Notes under the pieces: generated by a model
Told to the model about the DNA's origin: nothing
Databases searched by the model: none
What the model saw: only the letters and a program-made list of their open reading frames with translations
Program-made: the position numbers and the translations under genes
Shown here: positions 55,021 to 63,222 of the stretch, in pieces
Layout of the letters: each line of letters begins with the position of its first letter
How positions within the stretch are numbered: position 1 is the first letter of the stretch
NCBI GenBank assembly: GCA_963760615.1
Contig: CAVXDX010000003.1
Span: 19,238-83,237 of the forward strand
Origin: an uncultured Candidatus Micrarchaeota archaeon
GTDB taxonomy: Archaea > Micrarchaeota > Micrarchaeia > Burarchaeales > Fermentimicrarchaeaceae
DNA: 64,000 nucleotides
Direction: 5' to 3'

Positions 55021-55056
55021 TCCTTTATTTTTTTAAATTTATTTTTTTATTTTTCT
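54485..55056 (+). repeat. tandem direct repeat unit 1 (pilin gene plus 36-nt T-rich tail)
   Basis: Base-for-base identical to 55176-55744 except for the patch at 54883-54912, which includes a 3-nt indel. Confidence 0.9.
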
Positions 55057-55175
55057 TACCTCTAGCATTGGTCTTATCTTATTTTATCTGCAACCGTCGT
55101 ATTCACAAAACTTTAAAAATAAGAGTATGCTGAATACTAGTGCATATCTAAAAGTTTACTAAAAGGGGTGGTTCT

Positions 55176-55744
55176 GAATGAGAAAGGGTCAAACAGCCAT
55201 GGAGTACCTTATGACCTACGGGTGGGCAATCTTGATCATAATGGTAGTTCTGGCAGTGCTTTTCTATCTGGGAGTTCTTAACCCACCAATACCGGAGCAG
55301 TGTGTATTCCCCGCGGGTATCACATGCATTAGCAGCAAGCTTAATACCACAGGTGGCCTAACTCTCATCATAGGACAGGGAACAGGACATCCAATTCAGG
55401 TGACAGGAGTTAACTGCACAATGAACAGCTCAGCTGCGTGGGCGACGGATAATTCTGCTAGCCTCGTCTACAACCCAAATACACTCAATACCCCGGTTAA
55501 CATCACATCAGGAGGCCAGGCGACTGTTGCTCAGATAGCCGGTACAGGAGGCATTGGCTCCGTGGCATGCAAGAATGCAAACGGTGGCGCAGCTTCAGGA
55601 GCCGCAGGCTCTGCCTTCAACGGTAAGATATACATAAAATACACTGAAACAGATACCTCAATAACCAGAACCGTAGTGGGCACATTCGCAAAGAGGTATG
55701 AGATCTAGTCCTTTATTTTTTTAAATTTATTTTTTTATTTTTCT
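55176..55744 (+). repeat. tandem direct repeat unit 2 (pilin gene plus 36-nt T-rich tail that overlaps the dph2 3' end)
   Basis: See unit 1. Its tail at 55727-55744 encodes RKIKK-stop of dph2 on the minus strand. Confidence 0.9.
55178..55708 (+). CDS. archaeal type IV pilin-like protein (class III signal peptide), copy 2
   Basis: Identical to copy 1 except for KNANGGAASGAAGS versus KDANGNVIAGVAAGS near the C-terminus. Confidence 0.75.
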   Translation: MRKGQTAMEYLMTYGWAILIIMVVLAVLFYLGVLNPPIPEQCVFPAGITCISSKLNTTGGLTLIIGQGTGHPIQVTGVNCTMNSSAAWATDNSASLVYNPNTLNTPVNITSGGQATVAQIAGTGGIGSVACKNANGGAASGAAGSAFNGKIYIKYTETDTSITRTVVGTFAKRYEI

Positions 55745-56623
55745 AACTTCTTCAGCATCTAGAATAGGCTTTCTCAGCCTATCATAATCCTCAACTATCC
55801 TGGGGCAGGCGGTATTCACAAAACAATCAACTTCTAGGAAGTTGTTGAGGGATTCGTAATTCACTTCGTTGCATACCAATATCTGCGCATTCCTGCCTTC
55901 TGCTTCAAGCATTTTCTTTATGGAAAGCGCTTTTTTGAAATTGAACTGCCCCGGCTTGGTGCTGCATACAATGCCAAACTTCCTAGCCCCAATGGCAGCC
56001 AGCAGCGCCCCCTTGCGCCTTCTGAGCTCCTTTCTTCTTTCCTCTCCCATCCACCCAATCTTTCCCGTGAACGGGTCCACGGCAAGAAACGGCTTTTCGG
56101 TTGCAAGCGCTCCTCCAAGCGGGTGGAACACCCCGCCCCCGAAATAGAGAAAGCAGTCAACATCTCTCTCTATGTTCCTTATGCTTCCCAAGTCGCAACC
56201 AAGAATCTGGCCGTCATACTTTGCTCTCTTTCCATGCCTGCCAACAAAAACTCTCTTTCCATTGCTTTCAAGGAATCGTCTTATATCGTCAAGCTGCCCA
56301 ATATGCTGCACAGTGGTCACCAGCCCGACCCTACTGAAATCCTTAAGCTCCTTTAACGCTCTGCCAACCAACTTCTTGAATTTCACAGGAGTTCGGTATT
56401 CAACGAACTCAACAGGCATGCTGCTTCCCACCACAAAGGCGGAGTGTCCGTACTGTATTATTCTGTCTGCTCCGCATCTTTTTGCTTCCTCCAGCGCAAC
56501 ATCGCATGCCCCATAGCAGGGAGAGCATGAGATGACCACTTCCTTGCCCTCCCTCTCCAGTTTTTCAGCTAGCTTGAACGTTTTGTCTTTCAATCCCTCT
56601 GGAAGCTGGAGGAGAACTCTCAC
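55727..56623 (-). CDS. dph2: diphthamide biosynthesis radical-SAM enzyme Dph2
   Basis: 298 aa. The pattern of three separated Cys-containing blocks (SCSPCYGACD, ..GCD.., ..TACPR) and the overall layout are typical of archaeal Dph2. Confidence 0.8.
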   Translation of the reverse strand: MRVLLQLPEGLKDKTFKLAEKLEREGKEVVISCSPCYGACDVALEEAKRCGADRIIQYGHSAFVVGSSMPVEFVEYRTPVKFKKLVGRALKELKDFSRVGLVTTVQHIGQLDDIRRFLESNGKRVFVGRHGKRAKYDGQILGCDLGSIRNIERDVDCFLYFGGGVFHPLGGALATEKPFLAVDPFTGKIGWMGEERRKELRRRKGALLAAIGARKFGIVCSTKPGQFNFKKALSIKKMLEAEGRNAQILVCNEVNYESLNNFLEVDCFVNTACPRIVEDYDRLRKPILDAEEVRKIKK

Positions 56624-56667
56624 GGCAAACCCTTCGTTTCAGGTTTATATGAAGAAAATTTAAAAAA

Positions 56668-59007
56668 TCAGAACGTGAACCCCTCGTCCTTCTCAGTGAG
56701 CGCTATGAGCTTCTTCAGCATCAGCTTCTTTTCAGCGCTTGCAACGTTCTTTCTGGTCACATCCACCATGTCCGGGTTCACTGAGATGCTGTTTATGCCA
56801 AATTCAACAAGCTTCTCCGCATACTCTGGGTATACGCTGGGAGCCTGCCCGCATATGGAAGTTGTAACTCCGTTCTTGTTGCAAACTTTTATCACATGCT
56901 TTAATGCCTTGAGCACTGCCTCGTTCCTCTCATCAAACTTGGAAGCAAGGGTTGAGTTGTCCCTGTCGCATGCAAGGGTGAACTGAGTCAGGTCGTTGCT
57001 ACCTATCGATATACCATCTATCCCCACATCGCAGAATTCCTGTGCCAAGAATATCGTGCTTGGAACCTCAACCATTATCCACAGCTTGAAGTCATTATTC
57101 TGTTTCAAGCCAAATTGCTCGAGAAGCTTCTTTACATCTTTCAGCTCCTCAACAGTTCTGACAACTGGTATCATGAGCCACAGATTCTTGAGTCCGTATA
57201 CTTCCCTCACTTTTCTTATTGCATCCACTTCAAGCTTGAAGGCATCAGGCTCTGAAGTATACCTAGCGCAACCCCTATAACCCATCATTGGGTTCTCCTC
57301 TTTTGGCTCGTACTTCTCTCCCCCCTGAAGGTTCCTGTACTCATTTGTTTTGAAGTCTGTCGCCCTATAGACAACAGGCCTCGGGTAAAAAGCCGCGCAT
57401 ATCTGCCTCATTCCCTCCGCAAGCTTATCTGTGTACTCCTTTTCCTTGTGCTCCTCAATTGCCTTCCTCGGGTGAAGGCCTATGCCTGCAATCATGAACT
57501 CTGCTCGGAAGAGGCCCACCCCATCCACCGCGAGGGCGGCTGTCTTCTCAGCAAGCTCAGGCTCGCCAAGGTTCACGTATATCTTCGTGCCCGTGACAAC
57601 TGGAGCAGAGACCATCATCCCTCCTGCCCCTGCCTCGGGTTTCTTTGCAACAGCTATATCCACTTTTCCCTTGTAAACAACACCCATCTTAGCATCAACT
57701 GTAATCAAATCCCCGTTGTGGAGAACCTGCGTCGCATTCTTAGTTCCAACTATGCAGGGCACTCCAAGCTCCCTGCTGACTATTGCCGCATGGCATGTAG
57801 CGCCGCCAGAGTTTGTGACGATGGCAGCGGCTTTCTTCATGGCTGGGACATAGTCCGGCGAAGTCATATCAGTAACAAGTATCTCTCCCTTTTCCATCTT
57901 GTCAATGTCCTTTGCTGTCGGAATCAGCTTCACCTTCCCCACAGCAACACCAGGGCTTGCGCCCGAGCCTCTCAGAATTATCTCCGCGTTGGCAACAGCA
58001 GTTGCCGCCTCTACCACAGTCTCACCCCCCCCTTTCTTTAAAGTTGTAATTGGCCTGCTCTGGACGATGTAAATCTGCCCCTTGGAAACTGCCCACTCGA
58101 TATCCTGGGGCCACCCGTAATGATTCTCAATTTCCTTCCCATATTTTGCAAGCTCAACAACCTCCTTGTCGCTCAGCTTCTGCTTCTCCTGCATCTCCGG
58201 CTTGATATTCACGTGCTCATTCTTCCCATTTATTTTGGTTATCATCCAAGTCTGCTTTGCAAAATTTTTCTCAAGGATTTCAAGCGTATCCTTCTTTACA
58301 GCATACCAGTCTGGTGTGATGGAGCCTGAAACTACAATCTCCCCCAGCCCGTACGCTGCCTCAATGCCTATCCTGTTCGGGTCATTCGTTATTGGGTCGC
58401 TCGTGAACATGACTCCGGCTTTCTCAGACTGCACCATCTCCTGGACTACCGCAGCCAGCCCCACCTTGAGATGGTCAAACCCCCTCTCTTGCCTGTAGTA
58501 TATGGCTCTGCTCCCAAAAAGCGAGGCCCAGCACATCTGAACAGCCTTGACTACGTTCTCCGCACCCTTTATGTTAAGGTATGTTTCCTGCTGCCCTGCA
58601 AAGCTCGCCTCCGGTAAATCTTCAGCTGTTGCTGAGCTCCTGACCGCCACGTATTTCTCCTCGGATTCGCTGGGCATCACATCGACGCCGCAGAGTTTGT
58701 TGTATGCCTTTATTATATCGCTCCTTATGGCATCGGGAACTCTCGCAGACAGAATAAGAGCCTTTATCTCATCGCTTGCAGCATTAAGTTTATCTGTTTG
58801 CTGCACGTCAAGGTTCTGCGTGATTCTTGCGATTGCCTTGTCAATTCCGTTTGCTTTGATGAATGTAAAATACGCCTCGCTGGTCGTGCAGAACCCATTC
58901 GGCACAGGGAATCCCGCCCCCGCCATCTCGCCCAGGTTGGCCCCCTTTCCGCCCACTCTCCCTACATCTTCCTTGCCTATCTGAGAAAACCAAAGCACAT
59001 TCTCCAT
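56668..59007 (-). CDS. ppsA: phosphoenolpyruvate synthase (pyruvate, water dikinase)
   Basis: ATP-grasp N-domain (GGKGANLGEM), phosphohistidine swivel (GGATCHAAIVSRELGVPCIVG) and a PEP-utilising C-terminal TIM barrel. 779 aa. Confidence 0.9.
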   Translation of the reverse strand: MENVLWFSQIGKEDVGRVGGKGANLGEMAGAGFPVPNGFCTTSEAYFTFIKANGIDKAIARITQNLDVQQTDKLNAASDEIKALILSARVPDAIRSDIIKAYNKLCGVDVMPSESEEKYVAVRSSATAEDLPEASFAGQQETYLNIKGAENVVKAVQMCWASLFGSRAIYYRQERGFDHLKVGLAAVVQEMVQSEKAGVMFTSDPITNDPNRIGIEAAYGLGEIVVSGSITPDWYAVKKDTLEILEKNFAKQTWMITKINGKNEHVNIKPEMQEKQKLSDKEVVELAKYGKEIENHYGWPQDIEWAVSKGQIYIVQSRPITTLKKGGGETVVEAATAVANAEIILRGSGASPGVAVGKVKLIPTAKDIDKMEKGEILVTDMTSPDYVPAMKKAAAIVTNSGGATCHAAIVSRELGVPCIVGTKNATQVLHNGDLITVDAKMGVVYKGKVDIAVAKKPEAGAGGMMVSAPVVTGTKIYVNLGEPELAEKTAALAVDGVGLFRAEFMIAGIGLHPRKAIEEHKEKEYTDKLAEGMRQICAAFYPRPVVYRATDFKTNEYRNLQGGEKYEPKEENPMMGYRGCARYTSEPDAFKLEVDAIRKVREVYGLKNLWLMIPVVRTVEELKDVKKLLEQFGLKQNNDFKLWIMVEVPSTIFLAQEFCDVGIDGISIGSNDLTQFTLACDRDNSTLASKFDERNEAVLKALKHVIKVCNKNGVTTSICGQAPSVYPEYAEKLVEFGINSISVNPDMVDVTRKNVASAEKKLMLKKLIALTEKDEGFTF

Positions 59008-59031
59008 TCGTACACCTCCAAACAGAAGTAA

Positions 59032-59556
59032 TCAATTGAGCGCAAGTGTATTTATATGATACAGACCCGAGAGCTTTGATGTAGCCCTCCTCATGGCATC
59101 CTTCACAATTTCAAAATCTTTCCTCATGAACCTAATCGTAAATATTTTCTGTTTTGCCCTAATCCTTGCAGCCCTGTCGCTCGGCCTGCCGAAGGATTTT
59201 CTCATTCCCTTCTGCAGCCTATCCGCCCCCGCCCCCACTATCATTTTATTTTCTCTTATGACATTGTGGGGGAATATGAGAACCCTGAAGTAATAATTGC
59301 CGAGTATCTGCTTCTCAAGGTATTTATTCGCTGCCTGCCTCGCTGCTTCTATGGCGTTGTCCCTTATCTGAATTGCCCCGCCGGATATAAGCTCCATCTC
59401 CATCTCATAAGCCTTTCCGGCATCCCCCATATTGAAGAGCTGGACTGCATTGTGCGGCAATGCCTTTACGAATGACTTCCTAGGTCTCTTCTTTGAGAAC
59501 CTTGTCCAGGAAACTTTCCCAACATCTCTGCACGTATGCGCAGGCCTCAAGCCCAT
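59032..59556 (-). CDS. rpl10e: 50S ribosomal protein L10e (uL16)
   Basis: MGLRPAHTCRD.., GAGADRLQKGMRKSFGRP. 174 aa. Confidence 0.9.
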   Translation of the reverse strand: MGLRPAHTCRDVGKVSWTRFSKKRPRKSFVKALPHNAVQLFNMGDAGKAYEMEMELISGGAIQIRDNAIEAARQAANKYLEKQILGNYYFRVLIFPHNVIRENKMIVGAGADRLQKGMRKSFGRPSDRAARIRAKQKIFTIRFMRKDFEIVKDAMRRATSKLSGLYHINTLALN

Positions 59557-59635
59557 TTTGACACCTTAAAGTCGGAATAAAAATTTAGAAGTGATAGTTT
59601 AAAAGCATTTGCCCTTTTCACTTCTCAAAATTTAA

Positions 59636-60556
59636 TTACTTCAATTCTTTCATCATCTGGCACCTCATGCATACTTCCTTGGAGCCCAGCTCTCCGCACT
59701 CCTTGCATTTCATCGGAGTTTCACCTGTATTAAACTTTTCTCCGAGAACATCTCTCACGCTCATGAAGCTGTTGAAAACCCTGAATTTCGTGCCTGGAAA
59801 CTTCTCCTCAAGCTCATTGAGGAAAACTCTAGTATCATTCCTGAATGCCTCCTGCGCATAGGGGCATCTCCCAAACTTGATACCCATCCCTTTTATTATC
59901 GAATAAACAGCAACCTCCCTCTCAGGAATCCTTATCAGAGGCTTTATCCTGTCAACAAATAACTCACTCTCCACTATGCCGCCAACAGGCCCGAATCTTG
60001 CAAGCCTGAAAGGCTCATTTCTCAGGAAATTCATCAGAACAGTCTGCGCTGCATCATCCAAATTATGCCCAACAGCAAGCTTGTTCAATCCCATCTCCCT
60101 TGCAGCTTTGTTGAGGACCCACCTCCTGAACACGCCGCAGTAGCTGCACGTCCCCATCCTCTCCTTTTTCTTGGCAATCTTGTCAACAGTGATGCCAACC
60201 TCCTTTCTGAATGTGAGTATCCTATGCTCCACTCCCAGCTTCTTGCAGTTCTCCTTTGCAACACTGATAGTTTTTTCCCTGTAACCTGCTATCCCTTCAT
60301 CTACTGAAATGGCAACCAGCGGTACTCTCATGCTATCACATATGTCCTTCAGCAGATAGAGCAAAGATACGCTATCTTTGCCACCTGATAATGCAACTCC
60401 GACTCTGTCCCCTTTCTCGATCATTTTGAATTCCCGCACTGTCCTACGCACCCTCTTCTCAAAGCTCTCAACAAAGTGCTTCCTGCATAAGTTCTCATTC
60501 CCATAGGGTACGTAAACCACTGCGCTTCCGTTGCATTTTGAGCAATTAACCACCAT
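59636..60556 (-). CDS. tRNA 2-thiolation PP-loop ATPase (TtuA/NcsA family)
   Basis: From the ATG at 60556: N-terminal zinc finger CSKCNG..CRKHF, PP-loop SGGKDS, CSYCGVFRR, and C-terminal CKECG..CMRC. Confidence 0.85.
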   Translation of the reverse strand: MVVNCSKCNGSAVVYVPYGNENLCRKHFVESFEKRVRRTVREFKMIEKGDRVGVALSGGKDSVSLLYLLKDICDSMRVPLVAISVDEGIAGYREKTISVAKENCKKLGVEHRILTFRKEVGITVDKIAKKKERMGTCSYCGVFRRWVLNKAAREMGLNKLAVGHNLDDAAQTVLMNFLRNEPFRLARFGPVGGIVESELFVDRIKPLIRIPEREVAVYSIIKGMGIKFGRCPYAQEAFRNDTRVFLNELEEKFPGTKFRVFNSFMSVRDVLGEKFNTGETPMKCKECGELGSKEVCMRCQMMKELK

Positions 60557-60749
60557 AGACCACACCGAATATCTCAATTCTGTCCTTCCTGCCAACTTCC
60601 TCCAGCTCTGAAACCAGCTCACCATTTTTCCTTGCCAGGTGCGTCTCCCTGTTAACGCCAAGCTGATGCATCACATCAAGCACATTCATTCCTCTTTCCA
60701 GCTTCACTTTCACGTATTTACCGTTTAGTTTCAATTTAAAAGAGTCCAT
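60546..60749 (-). CDS. ThiS/MoaD/TtuB-like ubiquitin-fold sulfur carrier ending in Gly-Gly
   Basis: The 67-aa ORF ends ..IFGVVYGG-stop. Its last codons overlap the ATG of the TtuA-like gene (ATGGTGGTTAA). Confidence 0.7.
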   Translation of the reverse strand: MDSFKLKLNGKYVKVKLERGMNVLDVMHQLGVNRETHLARKNGELVSELEEVGRKDRIEIFGVVYGG

Positions 60750-60808
60750 GCATTAATTTAAATATATAATTCTTTAAAAGGATACAAGGAGGTTTTTGAG
60801 GGATACTT

Positions 60809-61315
60809 ATGGGATTCTACAAGCTTGTGAAAAAGACATTCGAAAGGGAGCATAGGGAGCGCTCACCTATATACAAAGCAAGGCTCATTGAGTGGAGAAA
60901 GGCGGGGGTCGTCGAGAGAGTTAACAAGCCAACCAACATAGCAAGGGCGAGGGAACTCGGCTATAAGGCGAAGCAAGGTTTTGTAGTCGCCCGAGTGAAG
61001 GTGAGAAGGGGAAGAAGGAAGAGGCCCAAGCCAGACCTGGGGAGGAAACCCTCCAAGTCCGGCAGATTCTTCTCTCCTGGGAAGTCCCTCCAGAGAATTG
61101 CGGAGGAGAAAGCATCCACCAAGTTCCCAAATTTAGAGGTTCTAAACTCCTACTGGGTTGGGGAGGATGGGAGCTTCAAATACTTTGAGGTTCTGCTTTT
61201 TGATGTCAGCCACCCTGTGATAAAAAACGATAGTTCGATTTCGCCAATGATTGAGAGGGGCAGAGCCTACAGGGGTCTCACGAGCGCTGGCAAGAAAGGC
61301 AGAGCATACAGTTGA
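60809..61315 (+). CDS. rpl15e: 50S ribosomal protein L15e (eL15)
   Basis: ..WRKAGVVERVNKPTNIARARELGYKAKQGFVVARVKVRRGRRKRP.. is typical of L15e. Confidence 0.9.
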   Translation: MGFYKLVKKTFEREHRERSPIYKARLIEWRKAGVVERVNKPTNIARARELGYKAKQGFVVARVKVRRGRRKRPKPDLGRKPSKSGRFFSPGKSLQRIAEEKASTKFPNLEVLNSYWVGEDGSFKYFEVLLFDVSHPVIKNDSSISPMIERGRAYRGLTSAGKKGRAYS

Positions 61316-61347
61316 AAATTTGCGGCTGTGCTGCAGGAGGTATCGGC

Positions 61348-62253
61348 ATGTGGGTGAGCAAAAGGAGAAGAATAATTGATTTGGCGACTAAGGAAGTTAT
61401 AACCACCGCTCCAAGCACCACAATCAAAGCCCTCTGCGACCTCATGATGAGGACGGGAAAGAGGAAAATACCAATAGTTGATTCGCTGGTTCACCTAAAA
61501 GGCATAGTGACCAGCACCGACCTCCTAAACTATTTCGGGGGAGGAGAAAAGTACTTCATAATAGAGAGGGATTACAAGGAAAACTTCCTCAGCGGCATAA
61601 ACGCCCCAACTTCAAAAATTATGACTAATGAAGTTTTCTTCGTGAATGAGGACGAGCCAGTGCCATCTGTTGCGGATAAGATGCTCAACCAATACTTTGG
61701 AGGGTTGCCCATCCTAGACAAAGATGCGAAGGTTGTTGGCATCGTGACCGAGCAGGACTTCATAAGCCCGCTTGCAGGAGAGAAGCTCAACTTTCCAGCG
61801 AGAAATGCCATGAGTAAGAAAGTCATAACGGTGACTCCGAACACGGCAATAAAGGATGTGACAAGAATAATGTGCGCCAACCAGCTCAGAAGGCTTCCCG
61901 TTGTCAGCGAGCACAAGATTTTAGGCATGGTGCGGTCATACGAAATACTGAAGTTCATAAGCGATGCCGAGTTCGCCAAGTTCCATACCTCCAAGGCAGA
62001 GGTCATACTCGGAGAAGTAGCGAGCAATGTCATGAGCAAAGACATATACACAATTGATGAGGAGCTTGACCTGGGGGAAGTCATACACCTTTTCAGGAAG
62101 AAGAGGGTTGGTGGGTTCCCGATTGTGAAGGGCGATAAGCTCATAGGGATAATCACCGAGAGGGATATCTTCAGGGCTGTGTACTCAACTCTCAGGATGC
62201 AGTTCCCGAAGAAATTCAATGAGATAGTCTTCACGCTCTTCCACGAGAAGTAA
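61348..62253 (+). CDS. CBS-domain protein (two CBS pairs)
   Basis: Four repeats of the CBS pattern (..VITTAPSTTIKA....M...G.RKIPIVD....KGIVTSTDLL..). The ATG at 61348 is preceded by GGAGGT. The ORF-track TTG start is at 61312. Confidence 0.75.
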   Translation: MWVSKRRRIIDLATKEVITTAPSTTIKALCDLMMRTGKRKIPIVDSLVHLKGIVTSTDLLNYFGGGEKYFIIERDYKENFLSGINAPTSKIMTNEVFFVNEDEPVPSVADKMLNQYFGGLPILDKDAKVVGIVTEQDFISPLAGEKLNFPARNAMSKKVITVTPNTAIKDVTRIMCANQLRRLPVVSEHKILGMVRSYEILKFISDAEFAKFHTSKAEVILGEVASNVMSKDIYTIDEELDLGEVIHLFRKKRVGGFPIVKGDKLIGIITERDIFRAVYSTLRMQFPKKFNEIVFTLFHEK

Positions 62254-62315
62254 GCTTGACTGAAGTCCATGCAAGTTGTCTGTCTATTTACATATAGTTT
62301 CACGTATTACATGAT

Positions 62316-62335
62316 GATGTCAAGTAATTGACAAC
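62316..62335. promoter_or_regulatory. inverted repeat GATGTCA-N6-TGACAAC just upstream of a TATA-like box (candidate operator 1)
   Basis: Lies about 8 nt upstream of GTTTAAATAC and about 40 nt upstream of the ATG at 62374. Confidence 0.45.
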
Positions 62336-62373
62336 AGGGAATGTTTAAATACAGCAAAAGAAAATAAGTATTT

Positions 62374-62727
62374 ATGGGCAAACCAGAACTCCCGATTCTT
62401 GAGAAATTCAGGCTTAACGCAATCAGTGACCCTTACGAATTGTTAGAGGTAGCTTCCTCCCATGAGAATGAAAAAGTCAGCAAGGCAGCTTTGGAAAAGC
62501 TCCTGAATCTGAAAGGAGTGATGGATGAGAGAAAGATAATCCTGGTGTGCTGCGTAGTGAAAGACACCAAGTATGAGTCTGTTGCCAAGTATGCGTTCAA
62601 ATATTGCTCAGCAGCGCATATCCCGGATGAAGTGAAAGCCCATATTCTAAAATGCTGGCTCAGCAAGATAAGGTTCGAGTCTGTAAGAAAGGAAATGAAG
62701 AAATGGCTAAAGGAGCACGGGTATTAA
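62374..62727 (+). CDS. hypothetical helical protein
   Basis: 117-aa ORF with a TATA-like box upstream. No family recognised. Confidence 0.4.
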   Translation: MGKPELPILEKFRLNAISDPYELLEVASSHENEKVSKAALEKLLNLKGVMDERKIILVCCVVKDTKYESVAKYAFKYCSAAHIPDEVKAHILKCWLSKIRFESVRKEMKKWLKEHGY

Positions 62728-63080
62728 ACTTCTCTTTTCATCAACTCCGACGCACCAATAACGTTAAATAAAACAAAATCGCAGTTTAAAGAATTTTCAG
62801 GGCGTTTTTTTGGACCGAAAGAAACTAAGTTGAGAATCACCCAAAATAATTCACTGAATATTCCGTGTGAAAATTTAACTTTTTTTGGGGCCGTACTATT
62901 TGATATGTGGGGTGAAAAAGATTTATGTACTTGGGACGGAACATGCAGCATTTATTCTTTGCCATCCGAAAATGTAAACTTCAGTAACTACTTCCCCATG
63001 ATATTATACCTTCACCCTAATACTACAACTCCGGGTAATGAGCATCTAAAACCCATATACCTACTAATTAATAATCAATA

Positions 63081-63100
63081 GTTGTCATTTAATTGACTTC
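63081..63100. promoter_or_regulatory. inverted repeat GTTGTCA-N6-TGACTTC (candidate operator 2)
   Basis: Same half-sites and the same 6-nt spacer as the sites at 62316 and 63152. Confidence 0.4.
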
Positions 63101-63151
63101 CCCCCACCACAAATGCATCCAAAACCGCCAGGTCCGGGCAACCAGCCCCGG

Positions 63152-63171
63152 GTTGTCAGCTGGTTGACAAC
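63152..63171. promoter_or_regulatory. perfect inverted repeat GTTGTCA-N6-TGACAAC nested in a larger CCGGGCA...TGCCCGG palindrome (candidate operator 3)
   Basis: Lies about 20 nt upstream of the TATA-like ATTAAATAAA that precedes the Rpp30 ATG at 63223. Confidence 0.45.
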
Positions 63172-63222
63172 TGCCCGGCACATTTCAAAACCATTAAATA
63201 AAGCAAAATGCACAGTTAAAAC

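Noticed and set aside
54883-55600. The pilin variable patch as the target of a diversity-generating retroelement.
   Set aside because: No reverse transcriptase or template repeat is present in the window. The differences include a 3-nt indel and are not restricted to adenine-templated positions.
62724-63081. ORFs 62724..62951(-) and 62830..63081(+) in the AT-rich spacer, and 63113..63367(+) overlapping the Rpp30 start.
   Set aside because: They have AT-rich, compositionally odd translations, overlap each other and the operator-like palindromes, and have no start context.
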